Shown in pieces: positions 18,824-27,732 of a stretch of DNA of 64,000 nt (position 1 is its first letter; each line of letters starts with the position of its first letter). The notes below the pieces were generated by a model. It saw nothing but the letters and a program-made list of their open reading frames with translations. It ran no database searches and was not told where the DNA came from. Made by a program: the position numbers and the translations under genes. The DNA is from Nitrososphaeraceae archaeon. GTDB taxonomy: Archaea > Thermoproteota > Nitrososphaeria > Nitrososphaerales > Nitrososphaeraceae. The stretch spans positions 2,137 to 66,136 of the forward strand of contig DASVFI010000070.1 of the NCBI GenBank assembly GCA_036380115.1, written 5' to 3'.

Positions 18824-19525
18824 TTGTATTTTATCAATTGGGAAAGAAAGATTACTAGAACCAAAGTCGGGAATAATATAGTAGTAGTAAAAAAAAATAC
18901 GTCGTTTACAAGTCTTAGGCAATTCATCTTAATTTTTTGTTTTACTTTGATTTCCATTTGTTCTGGTAATCCTGCTAATCCCCCTGAAATAGGAAAAAGA
19001 ATATTAGAGAATGAGAGTTTTGAATCACGAAATAAATTAAAACTAATTGGAATTAATTGCCCAAAACTCTTTTCTATTACGGATAAGGAAATAATAGAAG
19101 AATATATTGATGGTGGAAATTTATATTCTTTTTTTACTACAGAAAAAGCAAATGATCTTGCTTTTGAGGTAGGAAAAATTACTGGAAAATTACATAAAAA
19201 GGGTTTGGTATTTATTGACAATAAATGTCAAAACTTTTTGGTAACTAAAAAAAGAGAACTGATAAGAATAGATCTTGGATTTATTCAAAAAAGTGATTCT
19301 GTATTTGCTCAAAGTATGGACATAGGCAGTTTTTTGGCCAGTATATTAGATTTAGAACCTCAAATATACAAACTCATAGAAACAGATTTCTTGATAGGCT
19401 ACCTAAAAATGACAAATAAAAAAATACCGTATTTATCAATTATTTTAAGAAATATACTAGCGTTAGGATTAGTCTATAGCCATAAGAATATGTTAAAAAA
19501 TATGTTAAATAAGCATTACGCTTAA
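18824..19525 (+). CDS. Bud32/RIO-like atypical protein kinase (divergent)
   Basis: 233 aa. IIEEYIDGGNL (hinge), LHKKGLVFIDNKCQNFLV (catalytic-loop-like) and IRIDLGF (DFG-like) resemble Bud32/Kae1-associated kinases. The N-lobe is divergent. TTG start. Confidence 0.55.
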   Translation: MYFINWERKITRTKVGNNIVVVKKNTSFTSLRQFILIFCFTLISICSGNPANPPEIGKRILENESFESRNKLKLIGINCPKLFSITDKEIIEEYIDGGNLYSFFTTEKANDLAFEVGKITGKLHKKGLVFIDNKCQNFLVTKKRELIRIDLGFIQKSDSVFAQSMDIGSFLASILDLEPQIYKLIETDFLIGYLKMTNKKIPYLSIILRNILALGLVYSHKNMLKNMLNKHYA

Positions 19526-19971
19526 ATAGGTGGCAGTTCTTGTCGTTTATCAAATCCTCCTGAACCAAATTTGCAATAAAAACATTGATCAGATTGCATA
19601 TATGGTATTTTTTGGATAATTATTGCTCCTAGCTTTAAAGCAAATTTTGTCATAAGCCTATGCTTTAATGGCATAGATGGAATTACCTCTTGAAAATATA
19701 CATTATAATGATCAGGACAAAATTTCAATGTTATTTGAGCACGATGTTTACTATTAGTTTTTGATTCAGTTAAATTCTTAGCAATATTAATTTGCTCACG
19801 AATGTATTCATGCTTAGGACAGGGGCAATCTCTTCCTAGGGGATGTTTATATGCCGGAGTATTTTTCCAATCAAATTCTGGAAATTCTTTTTCGAAATCA
19901 TCCATTCCTTTCAATTTTAATATAAAGTCAATAGCATATAAATTATAGGATAGATTTGTCTTGCTAATCAT
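19522..19971 (-). CDS. Hypothetical Cys-rich protein
   Basis: 149 aa with CPCPKHE and CFYCKFGSGG motifs. No family recognised. Confidence 0.5.
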   Translation of the reverse strand: MISKTNLSYNLYAIDFILKLKGMDDFEKEFPEFDWKNTPAYKHPLGRDCPCPKHEYIREQINIAKNLTESKTNSKHRAQITLKFCPDHYNVYFQEVIPSMPLKHRLMTKFALKLGAIIIQKIPYMQSDQCFYCKFGSGGFDKRQELPPI

Positions 19972-20040
19972 ATTAATAATAACATTAACAAGTGATAAAA
20001 ATATATATAATTTTAAATTTTAATACAAATCTAAAGCGGC

Positions 20041-21036
20041 GTGAATAAAACCGAAGAAATTAATGCTATGAGCAACGAAGGTGTTACTTCAAGAAGAATT
20101 GATCATGAACAAAATATCATATCACTAGAATCAAATCTTAAAACTCTTGTAGATTTTAAGAATTCATTACTTGACGATCAAAGAAATGGAGAAAAAACGA
20201 TACAAGAACTAAATGAAAAAATAGAAGCTACTAAAAAGCAAATAGATGATGAAAGAGAACGACTAGAAGAACTTAGAATAAAATTGAAAGAAGTGAATGA
20301 TGTAAAAGAAGAGGAATTTCCTAAATTTATGGAACTTAAAGACATGGTGTTGAAAGCTAGGAGCCAACTTAAGACGATTGATGAAAAAACAGGTCCCAAA
20401 TCATATAAAGAGAGAATAAATATTAAACAATTGACTAAAACCCTTGAGCAATTAGAACGTGATATTCAGACTAAAAAATTATCTAAAGAAGAAGAACGGA
20501 AATTAGTTACACGTTCAAAGGAAATAGCTACTAAATTACATGCAATGAAGATTATGCATAAAAAAGAAGATCACTTTAGAACAATCTCTTCACAGTACGG
20601 TAATTTAAAATCTAAAATCAATGAAATTTTCGATAGAAGATCAGAATTTGGAAATAAAATTGGAGAATTGAAACATGTATTAGATACGTTATTAGATAAT
20701 AGGGAAAAACTATATGAAGAAAGGAGAAGGATAATAAGGGACGTTAGAGAGACCTCTGCAAAATTAGAAATGGTAAATACACAAATCAATGCTATAGAAT
20801 TTAGAAAATCTAGGATAAATTCTGTTGGAAGCAAAAGGCGATCTAAAGATAGCCATGATAAAAATTATTCGGGCTTCCAATCATCTAAAGAAAGAACTAG
20901 GAAAAATAAGGAAAATATGCAAATTTGGAATTCTATGAAAGAACAGGCCTTAAAGAAAATGTCGAGTGGAGAAAAGTTAACATTTGATGAAATGAAACTA
21001 ATATTTAGTGATATCAATAATTCTGAAAGTTTCTAA
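20041..21036 (+). CDS. Archaeal coiled-coil protein (COG1340-like)
   Basis: 331 aa, K/E/R-rich with heptad-like sequence throughout. GTG start. Confidence 0.6.
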   Translation: MNKTEEINAMSNEGVTSRRIDHEQNIISLESNLKTLVDFKNSLLDDQRNGEKTIQELNEKIEATKKQIDDERERLEELRIKLKEVNDVKEEEFPKFMELKDMVLKARSQLKTIDEKTGPKSYKERINIKQLTKTLEQLERDIQTKKLSKEEERKLVTRSKEIATKLHAMKIMHKKEDHFRTISSQYGNLKSKINEIFDRRSEFGNKIGELKHVLDTLLDNREKLYEERRRIIRDVRETSAKLEMVNTQINAIEFRKSRINSVGSKRRSKDSHDKNYSGFQSSKERTRKNKENMQIWNSMKEQALKKMSSGEKLTFDEMKLIFSDINNSESF

Positions 21037-21120
21037 CAATCCCATCTTTCTTTATTGTTTAATTAGAAAATGTTTTTTTATTAATTTTTAGTATAAAGTA
21101 TTTTATTATAATAGTGTTTA

Positions 21121-22299
21121 ATGATGATAAAAAAGGTATATTTTACTCCTTATGGGGTTGGACTAGGTCACGCTAGTCGATTAATGACTATTGCAGAAAA
21201 AGTAAAAACCAATAATATCAATGTTAAATTCTCATCTTTTGGTGAAGCAGTAGATTTTATATCAAGATACGGATATCATTGTAATGAGGTTCCCCCTGTT
21301 GAATTTTCTTGGAACTCTCAAGGAAGTTTTTCGATGAAAAATTCTTTATCTAATATTCCGAGTTGGTTCAAAAATTTTACCATACAAGTAGTTAAAGAAG
21401 TAGAAATGATGTTAAAATTTTCACCTGATATAGTAGTTTCAGATTCCAGGTTATCTTCAATTGTTTCCGCAAGATTATTAGGTATTCCTTCACTTGTTAT
21501 ACTCAATCAAATAAAATTACTTTTATCACCTAAACTACACTCCTTCAAAGTAGGTAGATTTTTCGAAAATCTTAATGGAGAATTTATAGGAACGTTATGG
21601 TCTCTTTCAAATGAAATTCTTATTCCTGATCTTCCTCCTCCATATACTATTTCTGAAAACAATATTTGGAATACTAATTCAGTTCTTAAAAAAATAAAAT
21701 ACATTGGATTTATATCCCCTAAAATGAATATCTCAGAACAAAGAATTATTAAAGTTATGAATTTGTTAAATTTTTCCAAAGATAAACCAATTATTTTTTT
21801 TCATATAAGTGGACCATCCAAAACAAGGTTACCCATTGTTAAAAAAATACTTGATGCACAAAAATATTTTAAGAATAATATTCAGTATGTGATATCGGAA
21901 GGAAAACCGAACGGGGATATGGAACCACATAAATTAACAGACAACGGTTGGTATTATGAATGGTGTCCTATACGTGATGAACTTTTCGCAATGAGTAATA
22001 TTTTAGTATTAAGAGGAGGACACACGACAATGTCACAAGCGATTCAATTTGGAAAGCCAATTATTTCTATTCCAATAGAGAATCATGCCGAACAGATTAG
22101 TAATTCTTGTAAAATCAAGAAAATCGGTATAGGAATAATGTTAAAAGATCATGATCTTTTGTCTGAAAAAATATCAGAAGCAATCAATGAAATACTAAAT
22201 GACAATAAGTTCACATCTAGATCCATTGAAATAATGCAATTTTGTGATAAATTAAATGGAGTTCAGAATATTGTCAATATAGTTAGGTCGTACATTTAA
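21121..22299 (+). CDS. Glycosyltransferase (GT1/GT28, MurG/UDP-glucuronosyltransferase-like)
   Basis: 392 aa. The N-terminal YGVGLGHASR and the C-terminal GGHTTMSQAIQFGKP donor-binding motif are typical of GT-B fold GT1/GT28 enzymes. Confidence 0.75.
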   Translation: MMIKKVYFTPYGVGLGHASRLMTIAEKVKTNNINVKFSSFGEAVDFISRYGYHCNEVPPVEFSWNSQGSFSMKNSLSNIPSWFKNFTIQVVKEVEMMLKFSPDIVVSDSRLSSIVSARLLGIPSLVILNQIKLLLSPKLHSFKVGRFFENLNGEFIGTLWSLSNEILIPDLPPPYTISENNIWNTNSVLKKIKYIGFISPKMNISEQRIIKVMNLLNFSKDKPIIFFHISGPSKTRLPIVKKILDAQKYFKNNIQYVISEGKPNGDMEPHKLTDNGWYYEWCPIRDELFAMSNILVLRGGHTTMSQAIQFGKPIISIPIENHAEQISNSCKIKKIGIGIMLKDHDLLSEKISEAINEILNDNKFTSRSIEIMQFCDKLNGVQNIVNIVRSYI

Positions 22300-23385
22300 A
22301 GACTTAATTTGTACGTAAAATGTTTTTATATTTTTTTTTAACTCTGGCAATTTTTTTCTGATTCTGTTTCTTTCTTCTTTAAAATCAATAAAATTTCCTT
22401 TATTAAAATCAAATGATGGCTTTAAGAATTGAAAATTTTTATCTAAATTAATTGTTAAATTATCTTCAAAGAGGTAAGGGAACCATGGAATCTTGTGTTT
22501 TTGTTTACACGTATTAATAGAGTATTCAATTAACCACAAAGGATGAACAAATAAATTAAATGGAAGAATAACGTCAATAAGATTAGTCATATAATAACAA
22601 ATATGAATTACCAGAATATCTAATAGAAAATTACTTTTTATCCCTTTTGTTTTTGACATCATATAACTTAATTGTAATAATTGTAATTTAATCTTGTCAT
22701 TATTTGTACCATTTAAGATAGCATGAATCGAAATTAACTTCTTTTTTAAATCAACGTAATCCCAAAACAGAATTAAGATATCTGGAATAAAACCTCGTAA
22801 TGTTATATTCTTGAGGCAATAAATTGAATATTGATCGTAGACAATTATAAAAACTTTCTTTTTTATGTATCCAAAGGTCATTCCACCAATTCCGTCTATG
22901 GATTTAAAACATATATATGATTTAGATTTCCCTATATAACTTTTGAGTATTTTATTTGCTGAATATTCAGTGTGAGAAGGAATTGATGATGTACTTGATA
23001 GTTTATCAATTAATAATCCAGTTGCAATAAATTCAAGATCTCTAGCTACAAAATTTGGATTTTCTGAAAAAATCTTTATAAAAAATTTTTCATTCATGAT
23101 TGTTTTTTTACCGACATTAACTATTTTATTTACGATAGATTTGGTTTCATTTGAAGTAGAATATGCTATTTCAATCTTTTTAATTCCAAAGCAAGAAGAA
23201 AGAATAGTCAAGGCTTTAATTGTTTTCTTTGTATATAAGGAAAAAAAATTCTGTTCCATAATAATTTTAGATATCGAAACTTTATTTTTTTTTAGTAACT
23301 TAATTGTTGAAAGTTTTACATCTTTGATTATTGCCGTGGAAGTAGGGAAAATTAAGAGTGTAAGTTCTTTGTTATCTCTATTCAT
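22252..23385 (-). CDS. ThiI-like THUMP-domain protein with degenerate PP-loop
   Basis: 377 aa. It aligns by eye without gaps to the ThiI core. EKFFIKIFSENPNFVARDLEFIATGLL matches the THUMP region. GIGGMTFGYIKKKVFIIVYDQYS matches [23 protein letters not shown], so SGGFDS is replaced by VYDQYS. Confidence 0.55.
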   Translation of the reverse strand: MNRDNKELTLLIFPTSTAIIKDVKLSTIKLLKKNKVSISKIIMEQNFFSLYTKKTIKALTILSSCFGIKKIEIAYSTSNETKSIVNKIVNVGKKTIMNEKFFIKIFSENPNFVARDLEFIATGLLIDKLSSTSSIPSHTEYSANKILKSYIGKSKSYICFKSIDGIGGMTFGYIKKKVFIIVYDQYSIYCLKNITLRGFIPDILILFWDYVDLKKKLISIHAILNGTNNDKIKLQLLQLSYMMSKTKGIKSNFLLDILVIHICYYMTNLIDVILPFNLFVHPLWLIEYSINTCKQKHKIPWFPYLFEDNLTINLDKNFQFLKPSFDFNKGNFIDFKEERNRIRKKLPELKKNIKTFYVQIKSLNVRPNYIDNILNSI

Positions 23386-23406
23386 TCTGAAAACCTTTAT
23401 AATCAG

Positions 23407-24348
23407 CTAAAATGATTTCAATGCTTCAATAATTTGTTTTTTATCTTGTGCATTAGGAGTCTTTTCCAGATACAAGATCAAATCTTGTTTTGCTTTTAGC
23501 TTTTCATTCATTTGTAATCGTGAAAGTGCACGATTCTTATATAAAGGACCATACCTATTTGGATTAATATCTATTGCTTGAGAATAATAATTTTCTGCAT
23601 TTTGATAATCTTTTATCTTTAAATAATAATTACCTATTCCTTTGAATGCTAAAAAATAATTAGAATTTAAATTTATGGCTTTAGTAAAACAATTTATACA
23701 TTCTGGATTATTTATTTCACTATAACAGCTACCCAATAATGACCAAGCAAATGCATTATTTTTGTCAATATTGATGGATTGACGTGATTTTTTAATTGCT
23801 GATTCTATGTCACCATTAGAAAAATCTCTTTCTGCTTCAAAACATAATTTATATGCTTTTGATCTTGTTGTGTCCAAATCATCTTCTGAAAATAGATTCT
23901 TCATATCTTCAGGTATTATTATAATAGCAATATTGTCTTCTTGAGTCCATTCTGAAAGAAATTTGGCTTCTGGAATTGAACCCTTAGTATCAGGTTGAGG
24001 AATATAACTTAATATTCTTTTTTCATTATCATCATAACCAGAAATTAATAATGCATGTTGAGTTAAATGATACAAACCTGGAAAAATAACAATAGGAGGT
24101 ATTCCTTGATCTATTCGTTTCTTAAGATCTTTAATTGAACTTTTATATATATATGAAGAATACTGTTTTTTTTCAGCAAATTCTATTCCATCAATAATTT
24201 TAGTAGAATCATTTTGATTATTATTTTTTGCTAAATCAAGAACATCTTCTCCCCAATATTGCAAAACAACTGCAATTACTAGAGGTAATGGAGAGCTACC
24301 TTCCTCTATTAATGGTAAATTTAAATCATGTGATAAATTTTCTTGCAA
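23407..24348 (-). CDS. TPR-repeat protein with N-terminal C39-like (papain-fold-like) region
   Basis: 313 aa. The C-terminal ~150 aa contain TPR motifs (AWSLLGSCY, YFLAFKGIGNYYLKIKDYQNAENYYSQAIDINP). The N-terminus has VIAVVLQYWG ... HALLISGYDD, resembling the C39-like peptidase layout. Confidence 0.7.
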   Translation of the reverse strand: MQENLSHDLNLPLIEEGSSPLPLVIAVVLQYWGEDVLDLAKNNNQNDSTKIIDGIEFAEKKQYSSYIYKSSIKDLKKRIDQGIPPIVIFPGLYHLTQHALLISGYDDNEKRILSYIPQPDTKGSIPEAKFLSEWTQEDNIAIIIIPEDMKNLFSEDDLDTTRSKAYKLCFEAERDFSNGDIESAIKKSRQSINIDKNNAFAWSLLGSCYSEINNPECINCFTKAINLNSNYFLAFKGIGNYYLKIKDYQNAENYYSQAIDINPNRYGPLYKNRALSRLQMNEKLKAKQDLILYLEKTPNAQDKKQIIEALKSF

Positions 24349-24711
24349 TTCTAATAAGATAGTTTTAAATCAAATAAAAACTATCCTATAATTTATCATT
24401 TAAAGATGTTTATTCTGGTTAATTTTCTTATTAGTTGCTAAAATACAAAAGTTATGATCTAGTTATATTTTTATACAATCTTTAGAGATTATGTATTCAG
24501 TTTGAAATAAATAAAATGTAAAATAAATGGTAAAAATATTGTATGTAATCTATACCTTCAAATAATTTTCATCTTAGCATTTTATCTTATTCATTCTGTG
24601 ATAACAAACATATAATTAGAAATGTATTGAAATTTGAATATAATGTAATCTATTTCTATTTATTATATTTCCTTATCTAGAAATAAAGTTGTTTTTATTC
24701 TAAAAAAGTAT

Positions 24712-25272
24712 TTAATTTAAAAGCGTACAAAAATTAAATAAAATAAATCTTCCATCTTTACCACTTCTTTCCGGATGAAATTGTAACCCAAAAATATTTT
24801 TTTTCTTATGTTTAAAGATTTCATTCTTTGATTCCGTTGAACTACCTAAAAGCTCTAACTCTGATGACAGTCTCCAAATAGAATATCTATGACTTTGATA
24901 TACAAAAATAGAAGCATTTTTTGGTAACAAAACATTATCTTTTTCAGATGTAACTTGAACTAAACCATAAATGGCATTATTCATTTTGATTAAGGAGCCA
25001 CCAAAATACAAATTAATCATCTCCGCACCATAACAAATCCCTAATAACGGAACATTATGATTATCACAGTATTCAATTATCTTATTGTTTTGTATGTTTG
25101 TCTCTTTATTGTATTTTTTCCTTCCGGATAATATAATTGAGTCAAATGATGATAATTTATTGTGTTGAACTTGTGAATATAATATACACTCAAATTCAAT
25201 ATCCAAATCTTTAATTATATTGACAATATCAACCACAAATGGGGAAGTATTATTGACAATTAGTAATTTCAT
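24712..25272 (-). CDS. Class I glutamine amidotransferase (GMP synthase subunit A-like)
   Basis: 186 aa with the nucleophile elbow LLGICYGAEM and GLQFHPE. The size matches archaeal split GuaA subunit A. Confidence 0.75.
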   Translation of the reverse strand: MKLLIVNNTSPFVVDIVNIIKDLDIEFECILYSQVQHNKLSSFDSIILSGRKKYNKETNIQNNKIIEYCDNHNVPLLGICYGAEMINLYFGGSLIKMNNAIYGLVQVTSEKDNVLLPKNASIFVYQSHRYSIWRLSSELELLGSSTESKNEIFKHKKKNIFGLQFHPERSGKDGRFILFNFCTLLN

Positions 25273-25304
25273 GATAAAAGAGAGTACAGATATAAATTTA
25301 TATG

Positions 25305-26462
25305 TTAAGAAGAATAATTTATCAAATGAGCTATTCTTTTAGATATGAGATAAACTGCGACAGATAATGGAACTGTTGCAATTGATTTATCCAATGAATA
25401 TGTTTTTCCTTTAAAATTAAATTTTAGTGATGTGTTTATTGAAATATCAACATCTATATTATCCGAAACGAAACATGAATCATTCAATGGATCGAATTTC
25501 TCTAAATTCTGGCATTTAATTTTTGAAAGACCGCTTTTACTATTGAGAGAACCAACCATTCTAAAAACTCTATGGATATCAGTAGTTACTTGAGGATCTA
25601 TTTTAATTCCTACTTCAAAAACGAGTTTATCAATTTCTTTTTGAAATGCTTCATATCCTCCAAATTTTTTTATTAGTTTATTTAGTTTGTCACTTGAAAC
25701 TTCTGAAATCTTTATTTTTTGGGCAATTCTTTTTCTCCACCCATAAGAATAACCGCTCAATGGAATTTTAATTTTATAACCTTGTTTATTATTTCTTATT
25801 CCTAAGCTTTCTAATGAAAAATTTTTACCCATTAGATAACCAACCATATCAGATCTACATCTCGAATCTAATAACAAAAAATCTTCATCAAATACCACTA
25901 TATGAAATCCAGTATTACCTGAAAATGATACTTCTATATTTCTTTCGTCTATACCAAAATCTTTTCTTAAAAATTCGATTAAACTATTTGTTTCCTTTTT
26001 CAGAAATCTTACACATATATTACACGGTATTGTATTTTGTAAAATCTTAGTGCCTTTACATTGGTTACACACTTTAGTAAAATCCTTATAAATAACTCTA
26101 CAAATAGAACAAATATAAAATGTATGTTCCTTTTGACAAGGTAACAATAAATCTTTAAGATCAATGTCAAATATCATATCAGCGCCTTTCCAGCCTTTTT
26201 CATTAATAGGAAATGTAGGAAATTGATAATATGCATTTGAACAATAAATATCTGCAGGAACACTTTGAAGCACATATGCTTTTAATTTACCAATATTTGA
26301 GAAAGATAAATGCCTAATTACCTTAGAATCAAAAGTCATAATACCGAATTCACGACTTTGTATTTCCTTTGGCGGTTGAAGTATTCCTATATTTTTAAAA
26401 TAATACCCTTTGTAAACTTTAAATAAAAATTCATTATTTTTAATATCAATTTCTTTGTTCAT
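25305..26462 (-). CDS. priS: DNA primase small (catalytic) subunit PriS
   Basis: 385 aa with the catalytic MIFDIDLKD (DxD) motif, SFSGNTGFHIVV, and a zinc knuckle (CSICRV...CNQCKG). Confidence 0.9.
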   Translation of the reverse strand: MNKEIDIKNNEFLFKVYKGYYFKNIGILQPPKEIQSREFGIMTFDSKVIRHLSFSNIGKLKAYVLQSVPADIYCSNAYYQFPTFPINEKGWKGADMIFDIDLKDLLLPCQKEHTFYICSICRVIYKDFTKVCNQCKGTKILQNTIPCNICVRFLKKETNSLIEFLRKDFGIDERNIEVSFSGNTGFHIVVFDEDFLLLDSRCRSDMVGYLMGKNFSLESLGIRNNKQGYKIKIPLSGYSYGWRKRIAQKIKISEVSSDKLNKLIKKFGGYEAFQKEIDKLVFEVGIKIDPQVTTDIHRVFRMVGSLNSKSGLSKIKCQNLEKFDPLNDSCFVSDNIDVDISINTSLKFNFKGKTYSLDKSIATVPLSVAVYLISKRIAHLINYSS

Positions 26463-27483
26463 TCTTAAATTTACATCTACCGAATTGTACTGGATTAGTT
26501 ATTCCTTTACAATCATCAGTTGCATAACAAAGGTTTTCATTTGCAAGTTTGGAACATGTTGGAACTGAGTATTTTGTTTGACTTCCTTTTTTACCTGCTA
26601 AATGTTCTACCTGATATCGAGTGATTTTTTCATTATAATCAGGAGCATTTTGAAATAGTAATATCACTTCATCTACACTTTTACCAATAGCCAGCATATA
26701 TGTTGCTAACATAAATCTTGCAGAATGTGGTAAGTTTTCATTATTATGAAGTAATTCCAAAGCTTTTTTAATACATGGAGGTAAATCGTTAACTTGATTT
26801 GAAGGTTTAGTGATGGGGGATAATTTCTTTGTGATTAAATTTGCATTAACTGTGATTTGATAAGGTATCTGACTAATACTCATATCTTTAATTCGATTAT
26901 ACATTAATTTGTAAATTTCAGATCTTATCAATCTTACTGTTTCATCACCATCCAAGTATACATAACCATTATTGACTGCTCTATTGATTAGTTTCCATTC
27001 AACTTCATTAAATTCATTTGATCTTTTCAGATAATCAGAAATTTTCATTTTAAACAGATTCGTTTTTTTATCATCCATTTTTACATTCAATTGAAAAAGT
27101 TCTTTAAAAATCTTGGAAAGGAGCAAATTCTTTTTTGTAAGGTCTTTTTCTCTTAAAAGATCAGATATTAAAAATCGTTCAACACGCATAGCTTCAAAAA
27201 GTGAGAATTTTTTGACAGCATGGTCTATTCCAATACATTTCATTATTATAAGAGATACAAGAAAAGTGAATAGTTCTATATCATATTTTTCTAATTCAGT
27301 GAAAACCTTTCCTTCTATTAATTCACATTCTATCCTTTTTTTAGCTCTTTCAATAATATGCGAAAATTCTGATCTATCAAAATCATCCAAATCAAAATGT
27401 GTTTCTCGAATATATTTTCCTGCTTCCTCCAAAAATGGATATTTCGCAAGGTCATCATTACCTAAAATTATACTCAATACCAT
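26446..27483 (-). CDS. priL: DNA primase large subunit PriL
   Basis: 345 aa. The C-terminal Fe-S domain has conserved cysteines (PPCIKKAL..., VPTCSKL, CYATDDCKG). It overlaps priS by 17 nt. Confidence 0.85.
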   Translation of the reverse strand: MVLSIILGNDDLAKYPFLEEAGKYIRETHFDLDDFDRSEFSHIIERAKKRIECELIEGKVFTELEKYDIELFTFLVSLIIMKCIGIDHAVKKFSLFEAMRVERFLISDLLREKDLTKKNLLLSKIFKELFQLNVKMDDKKTNLFKMKISDYLKRSNEFNEVEWKLINRAVNNGYVYLDGDETVRLIRSEIYKLMYNRIKDMSISQIPYQITVNANLITKKLSPITKPSNQVNDLPPCIKKALELLHNNENLPHSARFMLATYMLAIGKSVDEVILLFQNAPDYNEKITRYQVEHLAGKKGSQTKYSVPTCSKLANENLCYATDDCKGITNPVQFGRCKFKNEQRN

Positions 27484-27732
27484 TAACCATATTCATTACC
27501 AAAATAAAACTACTTCGTAAAGATATTATTCATATTTTGGATAGAAAAATGATTAGTATTTTATAAAAAATTTGATTATCTTCTTATACTATTCATTATC
27601 AATAATAAGTGCAATTGGATATATTCTAGTTTATCTTTTCAGGAGATTTGTAATATTAAGACTACACTACTGAACGAGGTAGGAATCACTCGTTTCATAT
27701 TTATTCTTTCAAAACATTCTACTATTGTATAA

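Noticed and set aside
18880-18900. A9 homopolymer inside the Bud32-like gene as a possible frameshift or pseudogene site explaining the odd N-lobe.
   Set aside because: The annotated frame stays open through the tract, and the alternative frame hits a stop within about 13 codons (…KKIRRLQVLGNSS*). There is no support for a frameshift.
18685-19221. 178-aa minus-strand ORF.
   Set aside because: It runs straight through the tRNA-Ala gene and the Bud32-like gene, and its composition is hydrophobic and low-complexity. It is spurious.
24349-24711. Idea that the long AT-rich spacer next to the primase genes is a replication origin.
   Set aside because: I saw no ORB-like long inverted repeats or clustered mini-ORB motifs, and no orc1/cdc6 gene is adjacent. 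Only one 11-bp direct repeat is present. The evidence is insufficient.
27113-27520. 135-aa plus-strand ORF antisense to priL. Similar antisense ORFs lie at 49083-49454, 55627-56049, 57319-57735, 52382-52978, 63081-63326 and 63403-63642.
   Set aside because: All lie inside genes with strong family signatures and show the S/F/L/I-rich shadow composition typical of AT-rich genomes.
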